From the human T2T-CHM13v2.0 reference genome, Homo sapiens, in assembly GCF_009914755.1 (NCBI RefSeq), contig NC_060931.1: DNA of 64,000 bases; one strand, written 5' to 3'. A model generated the notes under the pieces. The model saw nothing but the letters and a program-made list of their open reading frames with translations. It was not told the origin of the DNA and did no database searches. Below, one piece after another: positions 40,502 through 55,209 of the stretch. Position 1 is the stretch's first letter; every line of letters begins with the position of its first letter. Position numbers and translations under genes: made by a program.

Positions 40502-41281
40502 AAATTCTAACTCTTTTGGAAAATTATAATTTTTTTTGCTATACACAACCTTTCTGTTTCCCTATTCTTGACTAACTAGAACTTCTCAACCCTTTATCAC
40601 ATTGGATAATTATTTTAGTTTCAAAAATATTACAATAAAGTGTAGTGCTAAAAGAAGGCTGCTTACGGCTAATTAATTGCCATGGAATTATTGTCACTAC
40701 ATCTGACAAAGGATGATGCCAGGAACAAAAATGACAAATATGTTAAAATTAGAAATCTCAAGAGAATCAAACCTACTGTATTTAAAATAAAAGAACTAAT
40801 CAGACTGAATGAGAGGATGAAAATATGTTCAAATAACAGAACTCTTTGGGGGAGATAGCCTGCTATATACAGGTGTGGGGATGAGGGTTACAGCTTCTGT
40901 TGAATAAGGTGAGACCCATGTGTTGGGAAAGGGACAGTCACACCAAAGTTCATGAAGAAAATGGAAGCAAGGCTGTTTCTTGTCTTCATTCTAGTCAAGT
41001 TGAGGAATGTGTGGCATAAGCTCTAGTCTCCAAACTCTGATGTTGCTCAAGATATGTCCTATGGGCTTTTTAGTGTGATATTGGATGTCTGAGGGTGCAG
41101 ACACTTCAAAATTCAGGTTTTCTTGTGGCTACTAATTTGTATTAATATGGTTTACATTTAATAAGATGAGAGAGAGGCTGAGATTGAGATTACTTAGTTA
41201 TTTTGAGGTGACCTAATCAGAAGGTAGATGATACTAGAAATGAAGCATCATGAGATAAATTGTCACTGGCTGGTCCTTTCT

Positions 41282-41980
41282 AGTGCCTTTGACTCAAAGT
41301 ATGGTCTGAGACCAGCACCTGAATCACCTTGGAACAGGTTTTATAACCTGTGATGGTTTAAAAAATGTCCACACATTCTTTGACACTCTTCCGTTCAAAA
41401 AGTGGAGCTTAATTCTTCCCCCTTTGAGTGTGGATAGTTTTAGTAACTTGCTTCTAATGAATAGAATATGGTGGAAGTAATGGTGTGTAACTTTGGAAAC
41501 AGTCATAAAAGGCATTGTCGTTTATTCCTTGCTCCCTCTCAGATCTCTTGCTCTGGGGAAAGCCAGCCTACATTTAGTAAGGACATTCAAGCAGCCTATG
41601 GACAGGTCTACAGAGTGAGAAACTGAAACCTCTTGCCAACAGCAGAGAAGAACTAAAGGCTTTTGCCAACAGCCATGTAAGTAAGCCATCTTGGAAGTAG
41701 ATCACCTAGCCCTGGCTAAGTCTTCCAGTGACTGCACCCCTCCTGGCTTTTGTCCTGACTGCAACCTCACCAGAGACCCTGGGCCAGAACCATTTAGCTA
41801 AGCTGCTCCAAAATTCCTGACTCACAGAAACTGTAAGATAACAAATATTTGATGTCTTAAGCTACTTAGTTGTGGAATAATTTGTTATGTAGCATACCAC
41901 TCCAATCCTACTAAATCTAAATTTGCATTTTAACAAGGCTCCCAAATGATTCAGGTGAACATTAAATTATAAGAAACATG
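41282..41980. mobile_element. MER5A-like element split by an MLT1F-like LTR (LTR at ~41349-41895, + strand)
   Basis: MER5A halves ctcaaagtatggtc...atcaccttgga and tttgcattttaacaaggctcccaaatgattc flank tgtgatggtttaaaaaatgtccacacattctttgacactc...aatttgttatgtagca. Confidence 0.75.
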
Positions 41981-43879
41981 GCTCAGGAGGTACATACTTC
42001 ATTTGGTTTCTGTCTTCCTCCTCATTGGCTTTTTAAGGAGTGCCACATATACCTCAGGCAGTAACAAGGTCTGCAGAGATGAGGGCCCCAATTCCAAAGG
42101 ACAAAGAAGGAGAGCCTCTCAGATAAGAATGAGAGGGTCGAGGAATGCAAGAAAGGCAAAGAGCAATATACATATCTCATATCACTTGCTGAACCTCATT
42201 AGCCATGTCATCTAACACACTGTACATCTGAATGAACCAGGCCCTTTAACTCATCTACCAAGTGTTTAAGGCATGTGAAACATTTCTCTTTTTAAACAGC
42301 AGCTCCATCTGCGTTATGCCCAGTCTTACTGAAAATAGCATAATTTTGATTTTAATTCCAAATATGTAAATTGATGCTTCAGCTTGAGTAAGTAAAGAAT
42401 CTCTACTTTCATCACTGGAAGAGATTTGTTCAAGGATTTAAGCAGATTTACATTTTAACAACCAGTTTTCAATAAAAGGCTAAGAAATGCCTGTGGGATG
42501 TGAATTACACGGCCGGCACTGAGTTTATGAAAGTGTCTCAAGACTAGTTGAGAAAAAGTTGCTTGTTACTAAAAGGATCCTCAGGGAAATCTGCATCACA
42601 GGGCAGAAAATAGCACTTGTAAACAGAAGTTCAATACAGAGCAAAGACTCCTGTCTATTGTATGATAAGCAGATGCTTTCTTTTCTACCTTGCTCAGGAT
42701 TTATTTTTTTAGGTCATACACAAATAAGGGTATGGATTTGTAATTTTCAGAAGGGTTATGCACAAAAATGTCCTTTAAATTTCAATGTATCAAATGTCAC
42801 TTCCTTGGTGAGTCCCCATCCAGACTATTTTTGAATCTAAATCAGCACCTCCCACTGCATAAATTTACTTTCCACCTCATCAGCCTATTTGTTTCTGTCT
42901 AGCCCTTACAATCTAACATTTTCTTGCTTATTTCTTTTCTTGATTGCTTACTATCTGAGTCTTCTCACTAGAATGTAAGTTCCCCTGAGGGCAGGGATCT
43001 ACCCTTAGGTGGTCATTAGTGCCCCACTGGTTCTTCACTCTCTAGCACATGGTAGGTTTACGCTTCTTTTCCCTTCACCACACTTTCTCTTTCCCTCTGT
43101 CACATGGCTGGCAACATCCAGAATCTACGCAGCAGCCACCTTATTATTCTGGGTGCTGGAATGAGGACCTCGGATGACCCATGAAGAAAATGTAGCACAG
43201 GGGAGAAATCATTTTATTTAGCCCACTGATATTTAGAGGTTTATTATTATTAGAGGTTTATTATTATTATTGCAGCATAACCTACCTCATGATGAGGGAC
43301 ATATGTCTTTTGGTGATATTGTATCAATAAAAGCACCTAGAACAATGTCTGGCTTAGAACAGATTCTTAATAAATATTTATTGAAGAGATTAGGGAATGC
43401 AAAAATGGTCTATAAAAGCTTCTATACTGCTTCAGTAAATAGATGACTTGGATAATTACTAGACTAAAAGTACTAAGATATTCAGAAAAAGTTATTAAAC
43501 CTTTCAGTTAGTGATAATATGGCCAAGGAAATGGAGAGCTGATGAACACAGCTGTTGGTAGCTCTACTGACTAATAGGTATTGTTTAAGCCAATGTGTTT
43601 TACACAGTCATACTGAGATATTAACAAACTTAGAAGGTGCAAACTCTTTACATGTTGCTGAGACCACGGTTTGGAGGAGGATGCATCTGAGAAACCTATG
43701 AATTTTGTGTGAGGAGTCAGTTCACATTCAAGGTCCCCTAAGGAATTATATCATATCTGTAGAGCTCCCAGAGGCCACCTATGCTTCAAGCCTTTTGCAT
43801 TTCTTTCAGAACTGAATCATTTGAGGCAGAAGATGGTATGAGTGCCTAGGGAGGGTGGAGTTCAGTGCAAGGAGAGAAG

Positions 43880-44140
43880 CAGTATAGTATGATGGTTATG
43901 GCATACATTCTGGAGCCAGTGTGAGTGGTTTGAATCCCTGCTCATCCACTTATTTAGTGCATGATCATGGGCAGGTTACTTGACCTTTCGGTGCCTCAGT
44001 TTCTACATCTGCAAAATAGAACTAATTATATTACTTATGGCAAAAGGGTATGCTGGAAATAAAATGAATTAACACCAGTAAAACACGTGGGATAGTGTCT
44101 TGCATATAATAAGTCTCAGTAAAAGATAACATTTATTATT
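43880..44140 (+). mobile_element. MIR
   Basis: gtttgaatccctgctc...gggcaggttacttgacctttcggtgcctcagtttctacatctgcaaaat. Confidence 0.8.
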
Positions 44141-44589
44141 GCCAAGAACTGCTCCTCCTACACAAGGATTCTGGTCTGCCCAGAATATAAGTTTATGGGC
44201 CGAAGTAGACTTTGATCTGCATTCAGTAATGCCCTATGCAAACAAGTCTCTAGCTTCCATGCTATATGTAAGAGTCTCTGCTATTGTTTTGGGATTTTTT
44301 TTTGTGCCTCCCTGCGGATAGTATAAAGGAATAGGGTTCCCTAAAACAAATGGCACTTTGATTCTGCCTACACCCAGAGCAGACATGATATATTTCAGGC
44401 CTAAGGATCTGTACAAGAAATCTTAGAGATCTTGGCTCTGTGCAGCCACCGATTCTACAAAGCAGAAGAGAAGAGAAGGAATGATTCAGGGTAATGTATC
44501 AGTTTTCAAAATCCTGGCCAAACTTTGGGAGGATAAAGGACTAATCTGCCAATAGTAACTGTAATTTCCATGGAAATACAGCAGCTTAC

Positions 44590-44666
44590 CTTCATTTCTA
44601 GTTCTTGGTTTGATGCAGGTAATGCCTGAAGTTTTGCTTCCAATTTGTATATAAAATTGAACAAGT
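44590..44666 (-). CDS. RELN: Reelin exon 31 (77 nt, phase 2-1): [25 protein letters not shown]
   Basis: Acceptor ttattccccag|ACTTGT, donor GAAG|gtaagc. Within ORF 44486..44740. Confidence 0.95.
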
Positions 44667-44892
44667 CTGGGGAATAAAAACTTTAGTTTACTTACAAACA
44701 AGAGTTCAGAAGAGCTGTAAGCATTAGCGTTTTGACACATTAGAAAAAAACCCTCCTGTATTTATTAAGTACTACTTTCAAACTCAAAGGGCATATGAGA
44801 AGCAGAAAATACATAAATTATAGTAAGTTAATTCTGTAACCATTTAGAAGAAGTTAATTAATATGACCATTCATTTTATTCTGTAATAATGA

Positions 44893-45175
<283 letters not shown>

Positions 45176-45257
45176 GTCTGTTATAATTTAATGGAATTAC
45201 AAAAATGGAAATTCCTTAAATCTAGTTAACACTATCCTTGGAAACTCAAGATGAAGA

Positions 45258-45650
<393 letters not shown>

Positions 45651-46497
45651 TGAGGAAAAATCTAACTTAAGAAGCTGAATACCATATTTGTTTAGAGTCA
45701 GATAATTACCTGTCAGTTGCTGATTTAGACTCACTTGGCTAAATTTTTCACAGCAGGCCTTCAGTCAGTACGATGTAAATTATGCCTCAGTCCATAGCGA
45801 CTGACAGAGAGTACCTGCTTGACAGGCACACCTCTGAGAGAACAATGCAGATGGAAAGGGAAGGAAATTGAAGGAAGGAAAAATATGACACAGGACCCCA
45901 GATTTTGTGAGGAGGTCTAAAAATTTTAAACATTTTCTCTATTTCCTTTCTTCCACTTCTCAAATAATTTAATTGCTCTTTTAAAAAGCAGTTTTATTTT
46001 AGGTGTGCTATTATTTCATTTGATCTTAAAAACCAAACAGTTCTTTATTTTACCAGTAGGTGTCAGTGTAGGCATTTAAAATTTCTGGGGACCATTTTCA
46101 ATAAGTGAATACAAATCAACTTAGATAAATGAGGACGCATCAATTTCAGACATAGAATGTAAGGTTGGAAAAATCTTTGTTTCACACGGCACATGCTAAG
46201 AATAATACCAAATGGTTTTCATAATAATATCAAACTTCAGAAAATCAAGCTGGCATACCCTAGACACACAGGCCTTGGTGATGACCACACATGGATTTAT
46301 GAATTGCAGCATGGTCTTTGTAGAAACCACCTATTTTATTCCAAAGCTAAAGTTATCTTCATTTTTACATATCATAATCTATATACAGAAACATTATTGT
46401 ATATATTCCCAATAACAGAACAGAATGTTTTAAGTTAGACTACATCGTGTGGTAAATAATATGTTTGTGAAAAAGTATACCAGTTAATACTTGTTAC

Positions 46498-46705
46498 CTG
46501 ATATTCCTGGTGTCCAGAGGGACCGTCCGGGCTTCCCTTTTCCCAGGGCCATTGAAGTAGAGAGATTTGCCATCGTTAAGTGTTCCACAGCCAGTTCCAA
46601 CCTGGGCACCTGTTATCTTGTACCACAGAGGGCTGAGCTTCCCCTCAAACCTATCGAACATCTCATTGTGATTGGGGACATTTGACACACAGGTTCCTTG
46701 TGCAG
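46498..46705 (-). CDS. RELN: Reelin exon 30 (208 nt, phase 1-2): [69 protein letters not shown]
   Basis: Acceptor tttttctgaag|CTGCAC, donor TCAG|gtaaca. Within ORF 46494..46754. Confidence 0.96.
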
Positions 46706-47449
46706 CTTCAGAAAAAGAAATAGAGAGGAGAGATGCTTTGTTGGAATCATTCAAAACGAGGTCTATTCAACACATGGGCAAAGGAAGAATGTCCATAGGG
46801 ATTAACATTAGGGAGAGAGGCCACATGAAAATTTGTATCTCACAACTGTCGGTCTGAAAGACAGCCATCACTACCATCATCAAAAACACTATTCTGCCCC
46901 TGTAAATTTTTATTTTTTAATAGAGACAGACATTGGGAAGACATTGGGAACCATACCTTTTCGTAGTTCCTGCTACTGAGGATTTGTGTAAACTGAGAAA
47001 CAGATTTCATCCACAATAAAACTTGCTCATTTGTTATCCTTCTATTCTAGGATCAATAGGGGCAGTCAGTCTCAAATTAAAAAAAAATCCTTGAAACTGT
47101 GAGTGACAGCACTCTCCATAGAAGGCCTGCAACAACATATGTTTGTCTTTGGTCACGTGCCAGATGAAGGCTGGGATACTGAAAAGCTGGGAAGAAGCCT
47201 TTTGAAGTTGTCTCCAGGAAAAATAATAAAAAAAAAGATTTTGAAGCTTATAATATTTTCTCCAATTTTCCTCTTTAATCTCAGCTCTTTTCATTTTTGC
47301 TTGCAGCAACATCCAAAGGTCACTGTGCTCAGAGATACTTTTTTTGTAAAGTACTCTTTTGGCAGACTTGGGTTTATCCTAAGATGCATTTTTATTTTAA
47401 ATGTAAAAAATAACGTTTCCTATAGTGATGTAGAGGGCTCACAGAGGCC

Positions 47450-47715
47450 ATGCAGCCATGCAGCATGTGGCTAAGAGCTTGGGTTTGGGTTTTGGAGAAT
47501 GACTGCCAGGGTTTGATACTCAGCTCCAGCAACTCCCAGCTGAATGATCTTGGGATAGTTATTAAATCTCTCTGTGCCTCAGTTTCCTTAAATATAAATA
47601 GGGTTTACAGTACTATGACAGAGTTATTGTTAGAATTAAAGGGGATGAAATAAAAAGAACCTCAATGTCTGGCATGAAGTAGGACCTCAAGCAGTATTAA
47701 TTATTATTGCTATGA
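47450..47715 (+). mobile_element. MIR
   Basis: gtggctaagagcttggg...tctctctgtgcctcagtttcctt...caatgtctggcatgaagtaggacctcaa. Confidence 0.8.
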
Positions 47716-47953
47716 ATAATAAACAAATCCTCTTTAGGAAATGAAATTTGTATTAGTATGTTTCCTTTTTGGAGCAGCTCAAAACTACAAAATATCCTAG
47801 CACCTCATGTGCCTGGGTTGTGAATTCCTACAATTCCTAGACTTAAAGAGGAATAAATTCAGAATTTATTTCTTTGGGAGAATAACATGAAACACAGCAA
47901 CTAGAGATGACTATTTTACAATAAAACCCTCAGACACATGTATTTAGCCTTAC

Positions 47954-48111
47954 CAGTATATCCCAGGTCACAGAAACACACTCCTGAAATGCAGTCCCCA
48001 TGGCCACTGCAGTAACTGGGACAAGGCTCGGATATGTACACTCCATCTAAACCAAATGGAGGCACGTTTTTCTGTGAGCTGCTCTCCTGGATCCATCGGA
48101 ATCTGGTCTTG
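47954..48111 (-). CDS. RELN: Reelin exon 29 (158 nt, phase 2-1): [52 protein letters not shown]; EGF module of repeat 3
   Basis: Acceptor tttcccaacag|CAAGAC, donor ACTG|gtaagg. EGF-like cysteine spacing. Confidence 0.96.
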
Positions 48112-48286
48112 CTGTTGGGAAAAACAACACACCTGTTTCTTGTACCAACATCTCATATCAAAGCATTGGAATATAGAAAAATTCAGAAAAACTCAACAGA
48201 GACTTAATATTTATTTGAAAGTCATGTCTGCTTGACTGCACTTAACCTTCATAAGCTGTCTCTCAGACCTTTCTCTCTCTCTCTCT

Positions 48287-48843
48287 TTTTTTTCTTTTTT
48301 TGAGACAGCATCTTGCTCTGTCAACCAGGCTGGAGTGCAGTAGGGTGATCTCAGCTCCCTGTAACCTCCGCCTTCCAGGTTCAAGAGATTCTCTTTGGGA
48401 GGCCGAGGTGGGCGGATCACAAGGTCAGGAGATTGAGACCATCCTGGCTAACACGGTGAAACCCTGTCTCTACTAAAAATAGAAAAAGTAGCCGGGCGTG
48501 GTGGCACGTGCTTGTAGTCCCAGCTACTTGGGAGGCTGAGGCAGGAGAATTGCTTCAACCAGGGAGGCAGAGGATGCAGTGAGCTGGGATCGCACCTTTG
48601 CACTCCATCCAGCCTGGGTGACAGGGCGAGACTCCGTCTCAAAAAAAAAATTCTCGTGCTTCAGCCTCCCGAGTAGCTGAGATTACAGGCACATGCCACA
48701 ATGCCCAGCTAATCTTTGTATTTTTAGTAGAGATGAGGTTTCACTACGTTGGCCAGGCTGGTCTCAAACTCCTGGCTTTATGTGATCTGCCCGCCTCAGC
48801 CTCCCAAAGTACTGGGATTACAGATGTGAGCCACCATGCGCAG
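48287..48843 (-). mobile_element. Antisense Alu (S-like) interrupted by an oppositely oriented 5'-truncated AluY-like copy (48394-48650, + strand)
   Basis: Host breaks at ...ttcaagagattctc and resumes at aaattctcgtgcttcagcc (attctc duplicated). Insert carries gagaccatcctggctaacacggtg. Confidence 0.92.
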
Positions 48844-49345
48844 ATTGATTTCTTTTTCAGCATAAATGTTTGAATATTTTCTCACCTTCTGCTCTTTTAA
48901 TAATAAAATCCAGATAGATATTCCATTATTTTACTCAATTAATATTTCACCCTTCTATCACACTCAGTTTATGGATATCTGCAGAAGAGGCTGTTTGGGA
49001 ATGTTTGAAACAATCTGTCTTTCTTAGGACAGATAAGGGAACTCTGGCTATTTGCTATTGACATGCTTCAGGCAGGGAAGAGTTAAGTTTGTACCGACAG
49101 CTCTATTCACCTGCGCCTTCCCTCCTTTCCTCTTCATCTCTCATCTTTAAATCACAAACACCAGTTTTAACTGCCAACGAACAAAAGAAGGACCTAGTCC
49201 CAGTACTTCAAAACCCTGGAACACTAGTGGGCTGGGCTACTGCCCAGTTTTGAGGTTGCCAATAGTTTTGAGGTTGCCAAACTAAAATTTGTCCCAGTTG
49301 CTTTCCAATTTTTAAAATACATCTTTTCTTTTCCAACATATGGAA

Positions 49346-49389
49346 ACACGCGCACACACGCACACACACACACACATATGTACACACAC
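49346..49389. repeat. (CA)n microsatellite, interrupted
   Basis: acacgcgcacacacgcacacacacacacacatatgtacacacac. Confidence 0.85.
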
Positions 49390-51394
49390 TCCTATAATTT
49401 CATACCAGGGAACTATCTCTTCCTTCTCAGTTCCGCTATAATCAAAGGATGAAGATGTATTGGTGTATCCACATTCCAATTTATTTTGCTGCCAATATTT
49501 ATAGACTTTTGAGTTAATCCAGCTTCTTAGTACACAAGGATAAAGAATCTTAAAGATTAATGAAGGTTGTTAAGGACAACTGTAGATAAAGACAGCTCCC
49601 TCTCCCCTCTATTATTGTGAGGATAACATGGCAAGATCAGAATGGATTTCTTTTTGGCTCTTCAAGTGGCTTTGGAAATTTGGCAGCAATGAACCATAAC
49701 CTTGGCTTTTTTCCCCCCTTCATTATTTTAAGTTACCTACTCATGGCAACTTTATAAACTGTAGCCAGTAATGTTGTTTATTAGGTTTAAAAATGTTCAG
49801 AGATAATTGCCTATTAACGTAAGCCCCAAGCCCCCGTTTCAGTGTAAGAGGAAGGTGAACATACAAATGTATTTCCTTTGCAGCTAATTTGAAATATATT
49901 GATCTTATTCTTTTTAAGGTAAAAAGAATTGAATTAAAGAAGTTTAGAAAAACAAAGCAAAAGCAAAAAAAAAAAAAAAAGTACAATTGTCTTAGTGTCA
50001 CGGACCTTGGGAAAATTCCTTCCCTTGGAGCTGTAACATTATTCAGCCTCTGAAGGTATTTGTCCTCTTGAAGGAAGTAAATGGAATTAATGTACACCAG
50101 CATTTGTCAACTACTCTTAAGGAAAATGTTAAGGCCTCTATGCCGCTTCCAAAAGATAGACTGCATGTCTGTGATAAATGAGGAAAACATGCCAATTCCC
50201 TAATACAAGTCCTCTTGGATTAGAAGTCATGCTTGCTGCTTCTTTTTTATGTTTCTATGATAGAACCCAGAGAAACATGGATCCACAGCATCTGTGGTAA
50301 GGAAAGTGATGAAAGAGAAAGGAAAACTTCTTTCCCCAGCTTCAGGCTCTCTCACCTGGGCAAGATGAGGGCATCTCTCCATCAGCTGCCCCATTTCATG
50401 GAAGAAGCCAGCTCAGATTTGGGCCCAGAAGAATTCAGAGGGTTGAAGAATCCTAAGTTTAGGTAGAATTTTAGAAAAAGTTTTGGCAATTTGATAGTGA
50501 ATGAAGGACAAGTGAAATCCTTTGACCTGTCTCTGATTCTTGGGCTCTTATAGTTTTTATAGTTTTTATTATTATAAGAGAATCAAGTTCTGATTTGGCC
50601 AGAGTGAGGAGGTATCCTTGTTTGCAGTTATAGATCCTAAGGCTTCTATAGACCCAAGAAGCAGAATGCACTGTTATATGTTTGAGACGGTAAAAGACCC
50701 CAGGAGCTCAGTACTAAGGAACGCTTATTTAGATTTAAAAAAGAAAAACACCAAAAGACTAATCATTTGGTTAATAGGGTAAGTCCAGAACATGGTGAAT
50801 CATAGCTTAGAGTCCTAGATAGAAGACTGTATTTCAGAGTGAAAGGGCAAGAGATGGTTCCTTTTTCCCTTCCAATCTTTGCTAGTTTGTTTTTTGTTGA
50901 AAGGTGCAACTCAAGGCAATAAAGATTTCACTGGCCATGACCTCAGCACGTTTTGCTTCATTTCCATTTCTCCAAGTTATGCCTGGTTCCTGATGTCTGC
51001 TGCTACTCTGTTCTCTTCTCAGTGGCAAAATCTTGGGATTGAACACAATTGATTTAGCAACCTCAGGGTTTCTGGAATAGGAGGAAGAACTGATAAAGAA
51101 TTCATTATAAAAACTAGTCACTAAGAGACCATGAGAAGAAGGAAGGAAATAAGCAGGCTAAAGTTAAGTTAATAAGTATGTCTCAATTCTATACTTTTAG
51201 AGTAGAGGAGATACAGCCTTGCAATTGTTACTACTAATGTATTTGTGCACATGTTCTAACCTTGCCTTTTCAAGGAGACACAGTAGAATGTGGAACAATG
51301 ATTTCTTATTAAGTAGCACTGCATATATTCTGGAAAAATATGAAAAAGGAAGGTGTCTTCATTATAGCTAACACCTACTGCTGGTCTTTATTCC

Positions 51395-51680
51395 TTATTC
51401 AACATCCCTTCATTCAGTTAACATCTAGAAAGCATCTACAGCACGCTAGGCACAGTGCTAACGCTAGTAATACCATGAGGAGCAAAACCCAGACATGGTT
51501 CCTGCCTTCATGTAGCCCACAGTTGAGTGAGGAGACACACTTAATCAAACACCCACACAAATAAATGCACCCATGCAACTCCGACAACCATTAAGAAGGA
51601 CATAGAGAAGAGCATCTGATAGAGGTCTTGACTTGGTAGGAAGGTATAGAAATAATTTAGAGGAAGTAATGATTGAGAGA
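51395..51680 (-). mobile_element. L2 3' fragment
   Basis: ttcattcagttaacatctagaaagcatctac...ctaggcacagtgcta...catggttcctgccttcatg. Confidence 0.6.
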
Positions 51681-51721
51681 AAGAGTTTAATCTTATGTAA
51701 TTTTATTAGAAATAGATCATA

Positions 51722-52143
<422 letters not shown>

Positions 52144-52984
52144 TCATTTTTGTCTGGGGGATGCCTAAGTGAATCGATTTCTGCACTGTACCCTTCCATC
52201 ACCACACAATTCAATGTGATGTTGCATCTGCTTCTCAAACTAGGAAGGTTTCTGCTTGTCCCGTGCAGAGATGCAGAGTATTCTGAAGAATACTAAGCAA
52301 CTTTTTTCTAGTCCTGCACAGAGACACCCACTTTTTTGCACTCTACATAGTGTACCTAGAGCAGGCTACATAGCATATTGCCTGGATGGGGATGTCTCTG
52401 AGAGTTGCGAGAGGTGTACCAACATATATTCACCATCACCAATGTGTTTTCTGTAGGCAAGAGCCCGGTGAATTAATATGAGCACAAATGGCTCCTTTGA
52501 GAAAATCAGCTTAGACCTATTTCTGAAACAGCAATTTTCTTGTAACTATTATAAGCATGTTTGCCTCATGGCAAAACAGCTCCAAATTTTAACAATTTTA
52601 ACACTTAGAATTCTCAGTTTTCCAACACCGCATTTGGAGATATCTGAGTTTAACATATTGCAGAAGGAGCAACAACAGCTCATTTACTTGGGGTAAAGTA
52701 GAAACATATTTACTGTTCTTCAGTTGAGGGCTCTTCATCACAAATGCCATCAAGCAGCAAGCTGGATGGTATCCAAATTAACCATGAAGCTGGATTCTAA
52801 TGATGAATATTTTGTCTTCCAAAAGCTGAGGTCTAAGAAAATATTGATACATTGGGAGCCTCAAAGTATTGGCTCACTTTGTGATGCTAAGGACAATCTG
52901 CTCTTACTTCCAACTGGGTTATACCACCCAACATCAAACACACTGCAATTTCAGATTCAGGTGTGTATATATTTAATTAATTAT

Positions 52985-53192
52985 TTTTTTTATTTCAATA
53001 GTTTTTGGGGGTACAGGTGATTTTTAGTTACATGGTTAAGTTCTTTAGTGATTTCTGAAGTTTTATTATAGTGTACCCATCACCTGAGCAGTGATCATTG
53101 TACCCAATATGTAGCCATTTATCCCTCACCTTCCTCCCAAACTTCTCCCTCTGAGTCCCCAAAGTCCACTGTCTCATTCTTACGCCTTTCAT
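52985..53192 (-). mobile_element. L1PB/PA 3' end fragment
   Basis: tatttcaatagtttttgggggtacaggtgatttttagttacatgg...ctgagtccccaaagtccact. Confidence 0.75.
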
Positions 53193-53559
53193 CCTCCTTC
53201 AGCTATAAATTTATTATTGGGCTTCAGGGGAATCAAACAAGATTTGTATTCCTTGGCTCCTCATTGTATCGTTGTAGCAATGATGTGCCACTTGATGTTC
53301 TCCAACTTCATGGCACATTACACTGATCTATTTGGAAGAGCTGCATTTGGGCCACAGTTTTGGAAAGTATGGAGGGAGGAATGCAGTGGTGGAGGTGAAG
53401 AGTACAAGGGGTGCACAGCTGGAGATGGGCAGGAAGGAGAATGACATTGCTATATAGCTGCAAACACAGATATGTTCTTATGGAAAAAGAGAGATGTTCT
53501 CAGGGGGTGAAGTCTGGAGAGTACAATCAAGAACTGAGAAGACCAGTGGATGAAGGAAC

Positions 53560-54745
53560 CACTATCAGGGAACAGACCTGTCTTAATCATTGGAATGTTC
53601 TTGTCCTGGACATCGTTCTCAGAGGAGGGAGCCCTAGTAACAAGTCTCTTGCTGCATTTGGAATTTCTGAGGGCCAGTGACTGCTATGTGCTTCCCATTC
53701 CTTCCTTTTTGTTTATTATTATTATTTTTGAGTGGGAGTATCTCTTGTGGTTATCCTGACATTTTCTCACCATTTTATGTTGGGTAAGGGTAAAGTAGAT
53801 TACCTGTCTTTACAGGTCTAGAGATCAAGGACCCACATTCACATCTCAACCTGATGGAGATAATACAACCAGGGACTTGGTGTCTGGTGCTGTGATGGGA
53901 TGAGAATTTGGGGAGTCTTGGGAGGACACTGAATGCATTTTTCAAGTGGAAGAGATGTGAATTACTGGGGCTAAAACAGACCATGGTAGACAGTTACAAT
54001 AATGCCTCCCACTTAATCACACTTCCTTTTGTATATGCTCCTCTGTAGTGCAACTTTAATGCACTTCTTATTAAAAAAGGAAGTCTTTTTAGCCACCATT
54101 TAAATCTAGACTGACTTTGTGACTTGCTTTGACCAAAAGGATGTGGCAAATGAGATGAGGCTTTGCAGTTACTTTTCCTCTCTTGGAATGCTGGAGCCCG
54201 CCGAACTGAAAAATACTGAGATGAAGACTACATGGAGAGAAAGGTCCAGCTGACCCAGACTCTCACCAACTCATCAACTGAGTGCAACTAGATGATGGAG
54301 CCCAGGAAGACCAGCAGAAGAACTGCCCAGCCAACCCCACAAAACCATGAGAGATAATAAATCATTATTGTTTTGAGCTCTTAAATTTTGGAGAAGTGTG
54401 TTGCATAGCAAAAGGTAACTAAGCAAATATAATCCTAGGCTCTATTGAGGAATCTCAACAAAAAGTAAAGAGGATTTTTCTTTTAAAAAGTAATTTATCT
54501 GTTTATCCCTGACTCTGTTTTCCTCCCACTGGTTAAGAGATGGCAAAATCTGGAACAGATGCCCTGGATCCAGAGATGGAAGTCAGGTGTTCAGGATGGC
54601 AGAGCCAACTTGTCAACTATGAACTGCTCACTTTTGGACCAGTATATGAGAAAGAATGAACTTCTATATTGTTGAAAATTTGTTAAGCATTTGTGTTTGT
54701 GTGTTTCTCTGTCATAGTAGCTGGGTCTGTATCCTAACTAAAGCA
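53560..54745. mobile_element. Cluster of degraded MaLR/ERVL LTR fragments (MLT1-like)
   Basis: tggtagacagttacaataatgcc...ctttgtgacttgctttgacc...cagcagaagaactgcccagccaacc...ataaatcattattgttttgagc. Confidence 0.55.
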
Positions 54746-55209
54746 TATGGCAAGTCAAATTCTTAATTTCATTAAAGGTGGTAAATTCATCAACTCTGCC
54801 ACCTACACAACAAATTTTGAAGGCATTTGCATATCATTTTGATAAACTACAAAGAACACTAGCATATAAGGACAAATAAATTACTTATGAGTTGGAGCCA
54901 CTGATTGACAAACTTTCTTGAGATAGCTGGTGTTTAAAGATTATGTTTCAAAGTTTAACAGATCACAGAAACTGGTACATCCTTAACCAAAGAAATTCCT
55001 TCCCTATCCAGGAAGTTTGCCTACCAAAGGCTGTAGTGTAATTTTTTGAGGTATGCACATCTAAGTAACAAGGAGGCAGAGAGCACAACCAGCTTATCTT
55101 GCCAGATGATGCAAAGTAAACTGGTGATAAATTAGGTGAAAGATGCCACAAACAGAATGACCTCCAAGAACTTTATGAATAAGACACGTCTATAGATTGT
55201 TAAGCTTTT

